Source: an uncultured Spirochaetota bacterium
Lineage (GTDB): Bacteria > Spirochaetota > UBA4802 > UBA5550
Assembly: GCA_963827275.1 (NCBI GenBank)
Contig: CAWHAA010000004.1
Location: 684,610 to 748,609, forward strand
Length of the DNA: 64,000 nucleotides
Direction: 5' to 3'
A model generated the notes under the pieces. The model had not been told where the DNA came from, made no database searches, and saw only the letters and a list, made by a program, of their open reading frames with translations. Numbering within the stretch: position 1 is the stretch's first letter; the number at the start of each line of letters is the position of its first letter. Position numbers and translations under genes: made by a program. This document shows, in pieces, positions 1-10,824 of the stretch.

Positions 1-2
1 TC

Positions 3-1253
3 GTCATCGGCATACTGATGATCTATAGCGCCGGCTTTGACCCGATCGACAAGGTGAACAGCGGGCTGTACCGCAAGCAGGTCCTCTGGTTTATCTTCGG
101 GTTCATCCTGATGGTGGGGCTCACCATCATCAATTACCAGGTGCTGGGAGAATTTTCGCTCTATATCTACGGGGTGCTGATTGTCCTCCTGGTCATAACC
201 ACCTTATTCGGCAGGCCGGTCCGCAATACCAGGGCCTGGCTCGATTTTGGCGTTATCGCGATACAGCCCTCGGAATTCATGAAACTCGCCCTGGTCATCG
301 TGCTCGCGAAATACCTGGAGATCCGCGAGCGCGATATCGTGCGCCTCCGTGAGCTGGTCGTCCCGACCCTCCTGACCTTTGTGCCGGTGCTCATAATCCT
401 GAAGCAGCCCGATTTCGGCACCGCGATCATCTTCATCCCGATCCTGCTCACGATGCTCTTTGTCGGCGGCGCCGATATCACGCACCTGATCTCAATCGTA
501 TTGATCGCCGCCATCGCCATGGTCGTGCCGATGATCCTGACCTACCGGGAATGGATCGGCGCAGAAGGGTCGAATTTCCTCCTTGATTTCTTCAAGGACG
601 TGAACCTTATTCTCATCGTCTCGAGCGTCCTGCTTGTGATCACCGTGGCGGCCTTCGTCCTCCATTTCTTTTCGGTTAAAAAGTTTTTACGGAAAATATA
701 TATACCCGGCGTGGTGATATCGCTCGGCCTCATGGCATCGGTCGTTATACAGAACCTCTTCAAGGTGTACCAGAAGAGAAGGATCCTGGTTTTCCTCAAC
801 CCGGACCTCGACCCGCAGGGGTCCGGCTACAACATCATACAATCGAAGATCGCGATCGGCTCGGGGGGATTTTTCGGGAAGGGCTTCCTGAAGGGCTCCC
901 AGTCCCAGCTCGGCTTTCTCCCGGAGAAGACGTCGGATTTCATCTTTTCCGTGGTCGCGGAAGAGTGGGGGTTCTTCGGTGGCATCGTGCTGCTCGGGCT
1001 CTTCGGCTTTATCATCTTCAAATGCATTCAGACCGCCTTCGAGGCCAAGGACAAGTTCGGGGCCCTGCTGGCGAGCGGCATAACGACCATATTCTTCTTC
1101 CATATACTGGTCAATATCGGCATGGCGGTCGGTATCATGCCGGTCACGGGGCTGCCGCTCTGCTTCGTGTCGTACGGCGGCTCGAACCTGCTCATGTCCA
1201 TGATCTGCGTGGGCATCATGCTGAACATCAGGGCCAGGAAGCTCATATACTGA
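3..1253 (+). CDS. rodA: Rod shape-determining protein RodA (SEDS family), 5' end probably outside the window
   Basis: IQPSEFMK, LKQPDFGT, GYNIIQSKIAIGSGG, FLPEKTSDFIFS and VSYGGS motifs; multi-TM; frame is open upstream of the ATG at 18. Confidence 0.93.
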   Translation, partial: VIGILMIYSAGFDPIDKVNSGLYRKQVLWFIFGFILMVGLTIINYQVLGEFSLYIYGVLIVLLVITTLFGRPVRNTRAWLDFGVIAIQPSEFMKLALVIVLAKYLEIRERDIVRLRELVVPTLLTFVPVLIILKQPDFGTAIIFIPILLTMLFVGGADITHLISIVLIAAIAMVVPMILTYREWIGAEGSNFLLDFFKDVNLILIVSSVLLVITVAAFVLHFFSVKKFLRKIYIPGVVISLGLMASVVIQNLFKVYQKRRILVFLNPDLDPQGSGYNIIQSKIAIGSGGFFGKGFLKGSQSQLGFLPEKTSDFIFSVVAEEWGFFGGIVLLGLFGFIIFKCIQTAFEAKDKFGALLASGITTIFFFHILVNIGMAVGIMPVTGLPLCFVSYGGSNLLMSMICVGIMLNIRARKLIY

Positions 1254-1266
1254 CCCCCCAGCGGCG

Positions 1267-2055
1267 ATGGCAGAATATATGACAAGTGCGTCACATGCCC
1301 GGTTATATGGATGGTTGCTGATCCTCCTTTTCTGCCGGTGCGCGTTTGCCGGCAGCGACCGTGACCTTTACGGCAGCATATCTCCCGATGACTATGTGAC
1401 CGGCAGGTTCAATCCCGCCCGGCATGAGCTGTTTGTCTCCCTCACCGGTACCGGCATTCCGACGAACGGGTCTCCGCACAGGCTCCGCCGCGAGGCGGCG
1501 GCGGCCCTGAAGGAGCTTTACACGGCCTTCCGGAAAGACCACCCTGCGGCGCCCTTCTGGGTGCAGAGCTCCACCCGGAGCTTCGCTGACCAGAAATACA
1601 TATGGGAAAGCAAATGGACAGGCCGCACCCCGGTGAACGGGATTAACCTTGCAACGGCGGTAGCGGACCCGCTGAAAAGGGCGCTCGAAATCCTGAATTA
1701 TTCTTCCATGCCCGGCACGTCGCGCCACCACTGGGGGACCGATTTCGATCTGAACGTCCTCTCGGATGAGTACTTCACGAAGGGTGATGGAAAAATATTG
1801 TACCGGTGGATGGCCGAATACGCGCCGCGGTACGGGTTCTGCCAGCCGTACACGGCCGGGAGGAGGTCCGGCTACCGCGAGGAGAAATGGCACTGGTCAT
1901 ACGCGCCCCTTGCCCGGCCGTACCTCGCCCGCTGGAACGAATCCTACCGCAGGGACCCCGGGGTGTTTTCCCGCAGCGGGCTCTTCCGCGGCTCTGATAT
2001 CGCGGGAACGCTGGCGCCGGTGTTCGTGAATTCGATAAACGCCGCGTGCGAGTGA
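1267..2055 (+). CDS. M15 family (VanY-like) D-Ala-D-Ala carboxypeptidase
   Basis: SSTRS, PGTSRHHWGTDFD (SxHxxGxxxD) and EEKWHWSY (ExWH) zinc motifs; N-terminal signal. Confidence 0.9.
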   Translation: MAEYMTSASHARLYGWLLILLFCRCAFAGSDRDLYGSISPDDYVTGRFNPARHELFVSLTGTGIPTNGSPHRLRREAAAALKELYTAFRKDHPAAPFWVQSSTRSFADQKYIWESKWTGRTPVNGINLATAVADPLKRALEILNYSSMPGTSRHHWGTDFDLNVLSDEYFTKGDGKILYRWMAEYAPRYGFCQPYTAGRRSGYREEKWHWSYAPLARPYLARWNESYRRDPGVFSRSGLFRGSDIAGTLAPVFVNSINAACE

Positions 2056-2085
2056 GCCGCCGCGGCCCCGCCCCTTACTGCACGC

Positions 2086-2829
2086 TTAATTGAGGAAGGT
2101 CCTGAACCCGAGGTTCATCGATGCGCCGGCCGTGTCATAGTTGAATATGCCCGACCTGGTGTTGAAATAGGTGACGATGTGCAGCCCGACGTCCATGCGC
2201 GTTGTTTCGGTGATTTTCACGAGAAACCCGAACCCGATGTTGATGGTCAGCGAATTGAGGGTGAAATCGCGGTTGGTGCGGCTCAGGACCGACGAACCGC
2301 TCAGCTGGAACTTGCGCAGGCTGTACCCGAGCCCCGCCGAGAGGTAGGGCGAATAGGGGAACGCGTTGATGTCGAGGAACGAGTAGCTGAACCTGAAGGG
2401 AAGGTCGAACTCGTAGATCCGCCCGCTGATTTTTGTCCTCACCAGGTTGTCAAGCGACCAGCCCTTCTTGGCCCTCAATGACTGGGCGTTCGTGAATACA
2501 AACGCCGGTGACATTGTGACGAGGTACCGGTCGTACTGGACGCCGAGGGGTGCGGACAGGATGACGCTCGCGAAGCCCTCCCGGACCTCGATGCCGCCGC
2601 CGGCGCCCAGGATGGCGCGGGGCCTCAGGCGGTCCAACTCGCTCTTCTGGAGATCGCGGACCGTGCCCCTGCGTTGCGCACCGCTTTCACCGTCCCTCAG
2701 GTACTGTGCGATTATTACACTCTGTCCCCCGTCAGCCGCGGGGGCCGGTCCCGCGGCGGAATGGACGGTCAGCAGGATAAGAAATGCCGCCGATAACGCG
2801 GCAACGGTCGTAACGCCTGGTCTTGCCAT
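2086..2829 (-). CDS. Putative outer-membrane beta-barrel protein
   Basis: Signal peptide; alternating beta-strand pattern (PYLSAGLGYS, INIGFGFLV, C-terminal MNLGFRTF). Confidence 0.65.
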   Translation of the reverse strand: MARPGVTTVAALSAAFLILLTVHSAAGPAPAADGGQSVIIAQYLRDGESGAQRRGTVRDLQKSELDRLRPRAILGAGGGIEVREGFASVILSAPLGVQYDRYLVTMSPAFVFTNAQSLRAKKGWSLDNLVRTKISGRIYEFDLPFRFSYSFLDINAFPYSPYLSAGLGYSLRKFQLSGSSVLSRTNRDFTLNSLTINIGFGFLVKITETTRMDVGLHIVTYFNTRSGIFNYDTAGASMNLGFRTFLN

Positions 2830-3003
2830 TGGTGCAACCTCGCTGTATCAAGGGTACGATACCTGCCCGCATAAAATCAAGCAAAATAAGGACCACCATC
2901 GCCGGACCGGGGAAATTGCGCCTGCCGGGGCCGGACATGTTTTACTTGACGGTACGGGGGGCAGGTAGTAGTGATGAACCTTGGCATTATCAAGGGAACG
3001 GAC

Positions 3004-3660
3004 ATGACTCCATTATTACGGGGCGCTATCATCATCCTGCTGGGGGCGGTCGCGGTCTGCGCTGCCGGCCCGGCCGGTGATTCATGGAAAAAAACAGGCG
3101 AAACGCGGGACGGCATCGTGATCCATACCCGCGTGATGCCGGGCTCGCGGGTCCGCGAGCTCAGGGCCAATTGCATCATGGAGGCCGCGCCGATGCACGT
3201 GTGGCAGGCGGTCCTGGACAGGGAAACATACCGGGACTCGGCGAAATACGTGAAGATCGACAGGGTCTTCAGGACGGAGAACGAAGATGTCTGGTATAAC
3301 TACCAGCTGCTCGAGGCCCCCATGCTGGACAGGCGGGATTATACTCTCCGCTATGAAAGCCGCCGCGACCCGGGCAGGATGCAGTACCGTCTGGACTGGC
3401 GGGCGGTGAATGATTTCGGCCCGGCGCCCGGGAAGGGCGTGGTGCGGCTCGCCGTGTGCGACGGCTCATTCGAGATAGAGCCGCGCGAGGGCGGGAAGAA
3501 GGCCTTCGTCACCTACTGGGTATGCGTTGATCCGGGAGGGCAGGTGCCGGCATGGGCCGCCAATCTTGCCAACCGGTCAAGCCTCCCGGACTTTTTGAGG
3601 GCCGTGAGAAAGCAGAGCTATAAATTCAGGGACCGTGCCGGGCAGGCCGATGAAAAATAG
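3004..3660 (+). CDS. START/SRPBCC lipid-binding domain protein, secreted
   Basis: W..RDGIVIHTR, RRDY and VDPGGQVPAWAAN START signatures; signal peptide. Confidence 0.85.
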   Translation: MTPLLRGAIIILLGAVAVCAAGPAGDSWKKTGETRDGIVIHTRVMPGSRVRELRANCIMEAAPMHVWQAVLDRETYRDSAKYVKIDRVFRTENEDVWYNYQLLEAPMLDRRDYTLRYESRRDPGRMQYRLDWRAVNDFGPAPGKGVVRLAVCDGSFEIEPREGGKKAFVTYWVCVDPGGQVPAWAANLANRSSLPDFLRAVRKQSYKFRDRAGQADEK

Positions 3661-3736
3661 GCGTGGCGCGGCCTGTGTGCGAGCCCGGTCAAATCGCATG
3701 ACGTTCCCAACATGTAACGAAGGCTGAAAAAAAGGA

Positions 3737-4396
3737 ATGGGCGATACAGGCGAACTGTACAACGAGATGAATACCTATGTGATGCCGGCGCCCAACCAGG
3801 TCCGCTTCATCACCGGCGGCCAGACCCTGACCCTGGTCATGGGGTCGTGCATCTCGACCGTGTTCATCGGGAGGAACACGCGCTACGTCGCGGCGGCGAA
3901 CCATATCATGATTGCCCGTCAGCGGCAGGGGAGCGTCATCGCCACGCGTGATGCGCGCGTGCAGATCGACGAAATCATCGACATGTATCGCGCCCGGTTT
4001 GACATCCGGCAGGGTGACCTGCGGTGCCTTCACCTGGTGGGGGGGGGAAGGAAGACCGCCGATGAATCGTTCACGATCCATCTTGAAAACATCAGCGAAA
4101 CGCGATCCATCCTGGCGGAAAAAAAGATCGGCGTCATGTTCGATGATACCCGGAGCCATTATTTTGCCTCCTATTCCCTGGGCGACGGCATGATGTCGGT
4201 GTTCATCGAGGACCAGCTGGGGGGCTCGCACCTGTCCTATATCATTGACCTCGGACGGCTTTTCGACCTTGATCCGTCGCGCGCCGCGGCCCTCCCCGCG
4301 TCGGCCCTCAAGCCGGCGAACGCGGGCTTCGAGGAATTAGTGGAACGGGGCGTCATCACCTTTATCACCGGTCTGAGGAACCGGCCCGATCAGTGA
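3737..4396 (+). CDS. CheD-like chemoreceptor glutamine deamidase with C-terminal extension
   Basis: LVMGSCISTV (GSC catalytic Cys), AANHIM and LVGGG match the CheD pattern. Confidence 0.7.
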   Translation: MGDTGELYNEMNTYVMPAPNQVRFITGGQTLTLVMGSCISTVFIGRNTRYVAAANHIMIARQRQGSVIATRDARVQIDEIIDMYRARFDIRQGDLRCLHLVGGGRKTADESFTIHLENISETRSILAEKKIGVMFDDTRSHYFASYSLGDGMMSVFIEDQLGGSHLSYIIDLGRLFDLDPSRAAALPASALKPANAGFEELVERGVITFITGLRNRPDQ

Positions 4397-4448
4397 GGAT
4401 ATGCGCCGGTCCCGCCGGCGTGCCGGTGCTGCCGCCCCTGCGGGCGCG

Positions 4449-4808
4449 CTACATGGTGCCCGCAATCGCATTGCCCGCGGCGATCAGCTTTTCCGCGCCG
4501 TCGAAGTCGTACGAGCCGTCTTTGGTCCGGTTCCGAAGCTCCTGGACCTTCTGGCGGCGCTCCAGGTCCGGCATGCGTTCCGCCATCATCATCAGTTCGC
4601 CGACGGCAAGGGAAAGCCGGAACCCGGCCTTCACCAGGGGCGAGCTGTTTCTCTCGCGGAGCAGGTCCCTGGCCTCCTGAGAGATATCAACCCGGTCCAC
4701 TCCCCTGTCTTCATCCCGGGTTCTCCTGATGAACCTGGGCGAGCGCTCCGGGGCGGTGTTGACCGCATGGTAGAAGTGAATGTAATCAGTGGTTTTGTTG
4801 ATAATCAT
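4449..4808 (-). CDS. flgM: FlgM-like anti-sigma-28 factor
   Basis: DRVDISQEAR and PDLERRQKVQELRNRTKDGSYDFD match the FlgM C-terminus; sigma-28 promoter upstream. Confidence 0.75.
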   Translation of the reverse strand: MIINKTTDYIHFYHAVNTAPERSPRFIRRTRDEDRGVDRVDISQEARDLLRERNSSPLVKAGFRLSLAVGELMMMAERMPDLERRQKVQELRNRTKDGSYDFDGAEKLIAAGNAIAGTM

Positions 4809-4848
4809 GATAATACTCCAGTTTTATACAATCATTGTGACAGTATAT

Positions 4849-4875
4849 ATATCGGAGTATATACACATATGTTTA
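4849..4875 (-). promoter_or_regulatory. Sigma-28 (FliA) promoter of flgM
   Basis: Minus strand TAAA-N15-TCCGATAT versus consensus TAAA-N15-GCCGATAA, about 40 nt upstream of the ATG. Confidence 0.75.
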
Positions 4876-5051
4876 GCTATTTTATGTGTAGTATAAATTT
4901 TTTTTTGAATTTTTTTACAACAGTACCGCGGAACGGTACGAGCGGCCAAATCTCCTGGTAACGTCGATCGGCGGTACATCCTTCTGACGGCGGGGAGAAA
5001 CCGGCTGATTCGCGGTGCGATGTTCACACGGCGAACCAGCCGCGGACACGG

Positions 5052-5372
5052 TCATTTGAATTTCTGAAGTTCTTTCTGGATATCGAGCGGGGAAATCCCT
5101 TTTGACATAAGGCATTTCACGATGTTGGCGGTGCTCATGCCGAGCTTCTGCCCGTCCTCATTGGATACTTTCGCCTTCGTCTCTTTCATTTCCTCAACTA
5201 TGGCCATGAAGTTTTTGAATTCCCTGTCGGCGCACACCTTGTCGGCGCATGCGCATGCCTGTTTCTCTAAATCGGCCAATTTATTGACATATGAACCGCC
5301 CTTTTTACATCCGGGCGCCATCATCACGAACCCGGCGACAACCAGTGCTGTTGCAGTTTTTATTATTTTCAT
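5052..5372 (-). CDS. Small Cys-containing lipoprotein, hypothetical
   Basis: Lipobox-like APGC after a hydrophobic signal; CAC..C motif. Confidence 0.7.
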   Translation of the reverse strand: MKIIKTATALVVAGFVMMAPGCKKGGSYVNKLADLEKQACACADKVCADREFKNFMAIVEEMKETKAKVSNEDGQKLGMSTANIVKCLMSKGISPLDIQKELQKFK

Positions 5373-5499
5373 TTTTACCGTGACTCCTTTTTTGCTATTT
5401 GCGGCGCATCATGCATTCGCCATGATTGATGCTGTGCATGAATTCTGAATAGTCAAGACTTAAATATACCTTCTAGTATTTTAGAGATTTATTTTTAAG

Positions 5500-5626
5500 G
5501 CATGGCGGTCGTCCCGGCGAGAAGGCGACACGGACGTCGCCGATTCCGCCGAGTCAATCCCGATTCATTAAAAGAAAAGACGGAATCGGGATTATACGAG
5601 GCGGACGAGCGGGATGACCGCTATGC
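5500..5626 (+). repeat. ~127-nt extended stem-loop element (REP/MITE-like or ncRNA)
   Basis: GCATGGCGGTCGTCCCG pairs with CGGGATGACCGCTATGC (two G-U pairs); inner stems GGCGAC/GTCGCC and AATCCCGATTC/GAATCGGGATT. Confidence 0.6.
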
Positions 5627-5630
5627 TATT

Positions 5631-8553
5631 TTACAAATACCGTTTCGTCTGTAGAATATCACCGGAGCCGGAGCCGATCCCGAAGATGAAGTCGAAACCG
5701 TACGGATGCTTGTACTCGTCGTGGTGGTCGAACCGGTAATAGCCCCTGACCCCCAGCACCAGCGGCGTCTCGATGGTGAAGAGATGAATCTCGGCGTACA
5801 GCTCGAGGCCGGCCGAGCGGAAATAGGCTTTTTCCTGCATCGCGTAGTCCCCGAACAGGTTTGCGTAGAAGCGCTTGAAGTGCAGCACGTGCACCAGGTT
5901 CCAGTCGGGGTTGAAGATGGGGAACAGGTAGTTGGCGCACGCCTTCCAGGTGGTTTCAGAGAATTCGTACACGTACCCGCGCGCGAAGCGCATCTGGGCC
6001 GGGAAGCGGTACTCGTGCGGCCTCTGCATCTCGTACCCGCCCTGGAAGAACAGGCTGTGGTTTTTCAGAATGCCGGGGAACCAGAGGGTGCCGCTTATTG
6101 ACAGGAGGCTGCCGTAGTTCGCGCCGTTGAAGGGGGTATGCCGGTAGACAATATCGACAGACTGCCCCCATGCCGGGTTGATGTCGCCGAACCACCGGTA
6201 ACCGTTGTAGAGGCTCGCGAAATAGGTCAGGGGGATGAACCGCCCGTTGTGGTACCGGTCCGGCGTATAATACACCGCGGGATACTCCATGCCCTCCGCC
6301 AGGATATAGCTGCCCCTGACGCCGACCGAGAGGCGCGTGTCGAACCTGCTGCAGGTGAGATTGAACGGGAGGGTGATCCCCAGGGACGGCCGGAGCTCGC
6401 TCCAGGTGTAGGAAAACGTTTTTTTGTAAAGGCCGTAGTACATCGAAATCTCGTAGGTGGAGGAGCGGCCGCCGTAGAAGAGGGCGGCGTCAAACACGGG
6501 ATAGAGGCCGGCATAGCGTATGCCAAGCATGCCGCCGTGGGTGTTCTCGTTCCAGTTGTAGACATAGCCGGCGGACACCTCCGCGGTGCCGAGGAGGTTC
6601 TGCGATGAGACGGTGAGCGACAGCTCGTTCGAAAAAGGGTCCGCCATCGGGAGCCAGCTGTGCGGAACGAGCAGCGGAGTGAAATCGTGGAAGTTCCGCG
6701 GCTCATACGCGCCATCGGGAATGTCCTTCGTGATGTCCCCGGCGTCCTCCTGCGCCATGAGCGGCTCATGGTAGCGGATGCCCCGGTCTTCGACCTTCTC
6801 AATGGGCACCCATCGGGACGGATCGAGGGGCATCTCCACCGCGGTGTAGCCGTCTGCCGTCACGTCGTTGAAGGCGAGGCGGGTGCCGTCGGGGGACAGC
6901 GCGGGGTAGTAGGCGCCGAATTTCCTGGAGGTCACCTGGAATATTTTTTTCGACTGTATGCTGACCGCGTAGATGTTGTCGATCCCGGAATAGGGAGACA
7001 CGAAAAAGACATGCCGCCCGTCGGAGACGGGATAATAAATATTGAGCGCCGAATAGGGGACGAGGTCGGTCGAGGCCCCGGTATCCGTGTCGAGAAGGGA
7101 TAGCGTCTTTCCCTTCAGCCGGTGGGTCTTCGTAAAAACGATCGATATGCCGTCGAGCGACCAGTGGGGCGTCTGAATGAATTCGTTGTGCGGGTTCGGG
7201 AACCGTGACAGCTCGGCGCCGGATTCCGCGTCAAGAAGGACCAGGGCGCATTCGTTGGCGACGGTGAATTCCACCGCGGCGATCTTTTTGCCGTCAGGGG
7301 AGAGGGCCGGCGCGAATAACCGCGTCTTCTTCGTAAGGAACTTTTTCTTTTTTGCCGCCAGGTCGTAGATGACGATTACGGAAAAGCTCTGCTGCCCCCA
7401 GCGGAGGTCGGGTATCGTCTCGGCCCAGACGACCCGTGGGCCGCCGACCGACGGCGCCGTGAAGTTGATTGTTCCCGGGTGGCAGAGACGTGCCTCCCTG
7501 CCGGTAGCGGGGTCTATCTTCATGAGCGTGTAAATGTCCTTCATGCCGTAGCGCAGGGTGATGATGCTCCCGTCAGGGGCGTACTGCGGCGCGTTGTTGT
7601 AGGTCCAGTTCTTCGGGTCGGTTTTATGCAGGGGGCTCGCGTCGGTGAGGGCAAGCCCCTCGATCTGTCCGCGCCAGAGGCGCTCCAGCTCGTCCATGGT
7701 CTCGTTGTATATGGAGTACCCGCTGCTCCCGGTCTGGGATATCAGCATGAAGTCGAACCAGTGCGGGACAAAGGGGCACCAGGCCGATCGCTTCATCACC
7801 TCCGCCCAGACGCCGGGGCCCCATTTCCGCCTCACGTGGGTGGTCAGGTAGTAGCCCATCAGGTAGGGCGAGGAGAGGGGGTCCCAGTCTCTGTACGAGC
7901 CGAACATCGCCTTGAAATACTTGTATCTTTTTCCGGAAAGGAGGAGGGCGCGGAGCTCGACGTCGAATTCAGGGATGCGTCCCCGGCCGCTTGAGGTGAG
8001 GAAGGTCTCCGCGCCGACCGCGTCCCCCTCGAGGAACCAGGTCGGCACCGAGAGGCGTTCCGCCACGGCAAGGCCCGCTTCGCCGAAGAGCACATATACC
8101 GCCCTGTTGAACCCGCGGTTCAACCCGTCCAGCTGCACGATGTGCCTGAACTCATGGATCGCGAGCTCGGTGTACCAGTCGTTCGTGCCGGCGAATGACT
8201 TCTGGGGCGGGGTGTTCCACCACTGGGACCGGCGCGGCATGAGCGCCGCAAAGCCGTTCGATTCGGTTGACCGCGTGTAGAGAAGCACCGGGAGCCGCCG
8301 CTTCGGCATGAACTTCAGGCCCGCGGAGACGCGGGGGTACGCGTGCTCCAGGGTCGCCGCCACTCTCTGCGCGTCTTTCTCTATCCCGGCGGGGTAGATG
8401 ACCGTAAAGTGCGCGGTGGTGATGGACCGCCACGTGATGCAGGGCGGGTTCTGGTCTGGCGGTGATGGCGCGGGCCGGCGCAGGCAGCGCCAGCGCGGCG
8501 AGTGCGATCATCAGGGCCGCTGCTATTGTTCGGGCGTTCAATTCCGTACGCAC
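5631..8553 (-). CDS. Secreted HExxH metallopeptidase-like + TolB/PD40 propeller + C-terminal Omp85-like beta-barrel protein; frameshift near 8457
   Basis: Signal peptide is in the 8553 frame; DQNPP..WRSITTAHFTVIYP follows in the main frame; LAIHEFRH, PTWFLEGDAV; PALSPDG repeats; C-terminal beta strands. Confidence 0.75.
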
Positions 8554-8733
8554 CTGTATATCACCGTGATGTCATGGATGTTGATGTACGGGGGCCCATG
8601 CCCCGCAGAAGCAGCGGGGCGGGCGGCCGTCTGCGCAGTATAGTGGAGCGGCAATAAAAATTTAAAGCTATTTTTTATTTCACGCCGCGCGCGCGGGCCG
8701 GTAATCCGCGGCCATGCAGCCGCGGGGGCCGGG

Positions 8734-10554
8734 TCATTTCCGCTTTATGAGGATTGCCGTCAGGTCGTCTTTGACAGGGCACCCTTCAACGAACCGGTCG
8801 AAATCCGCGAGGATGTGATCGAGTATCTCGCGGGCGGTCGCTCCGCGGGCGTTTTTCAGCGACCCCATGAGATCGGTTTCCTGGTATATCCGTCCTCTGC
8901 CGTCCTGTGATTCGATCATGCAATCGGTGTACATGAAGAGGCAATCTCCCGGCAGGAGCTTTATCGACAGCGCCGATATCGGCGCCCTCATCTCCGCCAC
9001 GCCGAGGAATCTGCCGGTAATCTTGTTCCCCGTCCTGTCGGTGACCTTCCCGGTTTTACCGGACGGCCCGGACCTGAACAACATGTCCGGGGAGGCGCTG
9101 TTGGCGTATTCCACCGTGTCGCCGTCAAACCGGAGCAGGATGCCCGTCACGTAGTTGTCGGTCTGCCCAATCTCCGCGATCAGGCCGTCGTTGATGAATT
9201 CCATGACCCTGCCCAGCTTCTCTTTCCTGTACAGGTGGAAATTCCTGGTGATGGTCGATTTGGCCAGGAGGGTCAGGAGGCCCGACGAGACCCCGTGACC
9301 GGATACGTCGAACAGGCCGAGGCCTTTCAGCGACCCGTCCTCCTCGTAGAAATCGAAGAAGTCCCCGGAGACCTCCGCCCACGGGCGCGAGGTAAAGGCG
9401 ATATCGTAGCAGTCATCATCGGGCTGCTCCTTCGGCAGGAACGACGCCTGCACGGCGGCCGCCAGCACCATCTCCTTTTTCCTGGACCTCTCGTTCTCCT
9501 CAAGGGTCTTGTTTGTCTGTATGAGGTTGTCGTTCATCGCTTCCAGCTCGTTGTTGGCCGCCTCGATTTCATCGAATGCGTCTTCGAGCTCCTCGGTCCT
9601 CTGGGCCACCTTGGCTTCCAGATTGAGATTGAGGTCCATCAGCTGGTTCCTCGATTCACGGAGCCTGTTTTTCATCTCGTCCACTTCGAGGATGATCTGG
9701 CTGATCTCGTCGTGCATCGGGACCTCGCGGGGCTGGCAGTTGAGGTCGCCGCTTCCGATCTTCTGCAAAAAGTCCGTGACGATGCTGGCCCTGTTCCTGA
9801 TGGTCTTCGTGAGCAGCAGGGGGCTTAATATCCCGATAGCGAAGGACAGGAGGGCGAAGATCGCCATGCGCACGTAAAGGAGCGTGTTCGCAACCCCCGT
9901 CGTTTCGACCGTGATGTAAAAAAAGGTCACAATGAAAATCATCGGCAGGAGAACGGCCGAGACCGAGAGGGCGGTAAGGCGCTGAAGAAGGCTGATGCGG
10001 CGTGTATAATCGGCTCTGGTTTTTTCGGGGAAGGCGCCCCTGTCGAGCAGGCCCTGCACGAGAATTTCCGTTATAGAGAAGTATGATATCGCGCCGAGTA
10101 TCGAGCAGATGACAACGCCCATCCACATGTTGACGAGCTGCGGCGTCCTCATGTCAACTAGTATTGAAAAGGGGACGATGGCGTTTGCCAGGAGGAGGGC
10201 CCACCTGAAAAAGGCCCCGACTGAGTGTATGACGGGAAGCCGGACCAGGCGCTTTTTCGCGCGCTCATATTCATCGGCGGCGACTGTCTCCCCTTTCATG
10301 GTTTTATTGAAATACCGGATGATCGGGAGAAGCACGATCCAGTTATTGACCAGCACAAACACGATGCCGAACACGAATGCGGGCGGCCAGATTTTATTGA
10401 ACACGCTCAATTGTTCCGGCGTCAGCTGGATATTGGCCCAGACATAGAACAATATGCCCGGCACTATGATAAAAAAACTGTATGCTTCGGTAAACAGGTT
10501 GAAGCGGAGGTAAAAATTTTTAAAATAGCGAGTATCCTGGTTACGGTCCATCAA
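8734..10554 (-). CDS. Membrane SpoIIE/PP2C-family phosphatase (TM region, HAMP, coiled coil)
   Basis: VSGDFFD, FDVSGHG, YTDCMIE and DDLT motifs. Confidence 0.92.
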   Translation of the reverse strand: MMDRNQDTRYFKNFYLRFNLFTEAYSFFIIVPGILFYVWANIQLTPEQLSVFNKIWPPAFVFGIVFVLVNNWIVLLPIIRYFNKTMKGETVAADEYERAKKRLVRLPVIHSVGAFFRWALLLANAIVPFSILVDMRTPQLVNMWMGVVICSILGAISYFSITEILVQGLLDRGAFPEKTRADYTRRISLLQRLTALSVSAVLLPMIFIVTFFYITVETTGVANTLLYVRMAIFALLSFAIGILSPLLLTKTIRNRASIVTDFLQKIGSGDLNCQPREVPMHDEISQIILEVDEMKNRLRESRNQLMDLNLNLEAKVAQRTEELEDAFDEIEAANNELEAMNDNLIQTNKTLEENERSRKKEMVLAAAVQASFLPKEQPDDDCYDIAFTSRPWAEVSGDFFDFYEEDGSLKGLGLFDVSGHGVSSGLLTLLAKSTITRNFHLYRKEKLGRVMEFINDGLIAEIGQTDNYVTGILLRFDGDTVEYANSASPDMLFRSGPSGKTGKVTDRTGNKITGRFLGVAEMRAPISALSIKLLPGDCLFMYTDCMIESQDGRGRIYQETDLMGSLKNARGATAREILDHILADFDRFVEGCPVKDDLTAILIKRK

Positions 10555-10824
10555 CCCTCCATGCGCGGTACTGAATGCTGATTGCCCCGGGCGGGCGGCC
10601 GGCGTCGAGAAACCGGCGGCACGTGCGGGCCCCTGACAATGCCGGAATCCCCACGTTTTTACGTTCGGTAAACAGGGGCGCGGACAATAGGATTTTTTAT
10701 TGCCGGCGATGGCAGTATTAGCTTTGACAGGCGCCGTGATATGAGGTATACTTTGTACAGGTAGGCACGCGCCGGAATAGAATAACCGGTGTTGTTGTGC
10801 AAAAAATCATTCCTGGAGGTTGAT

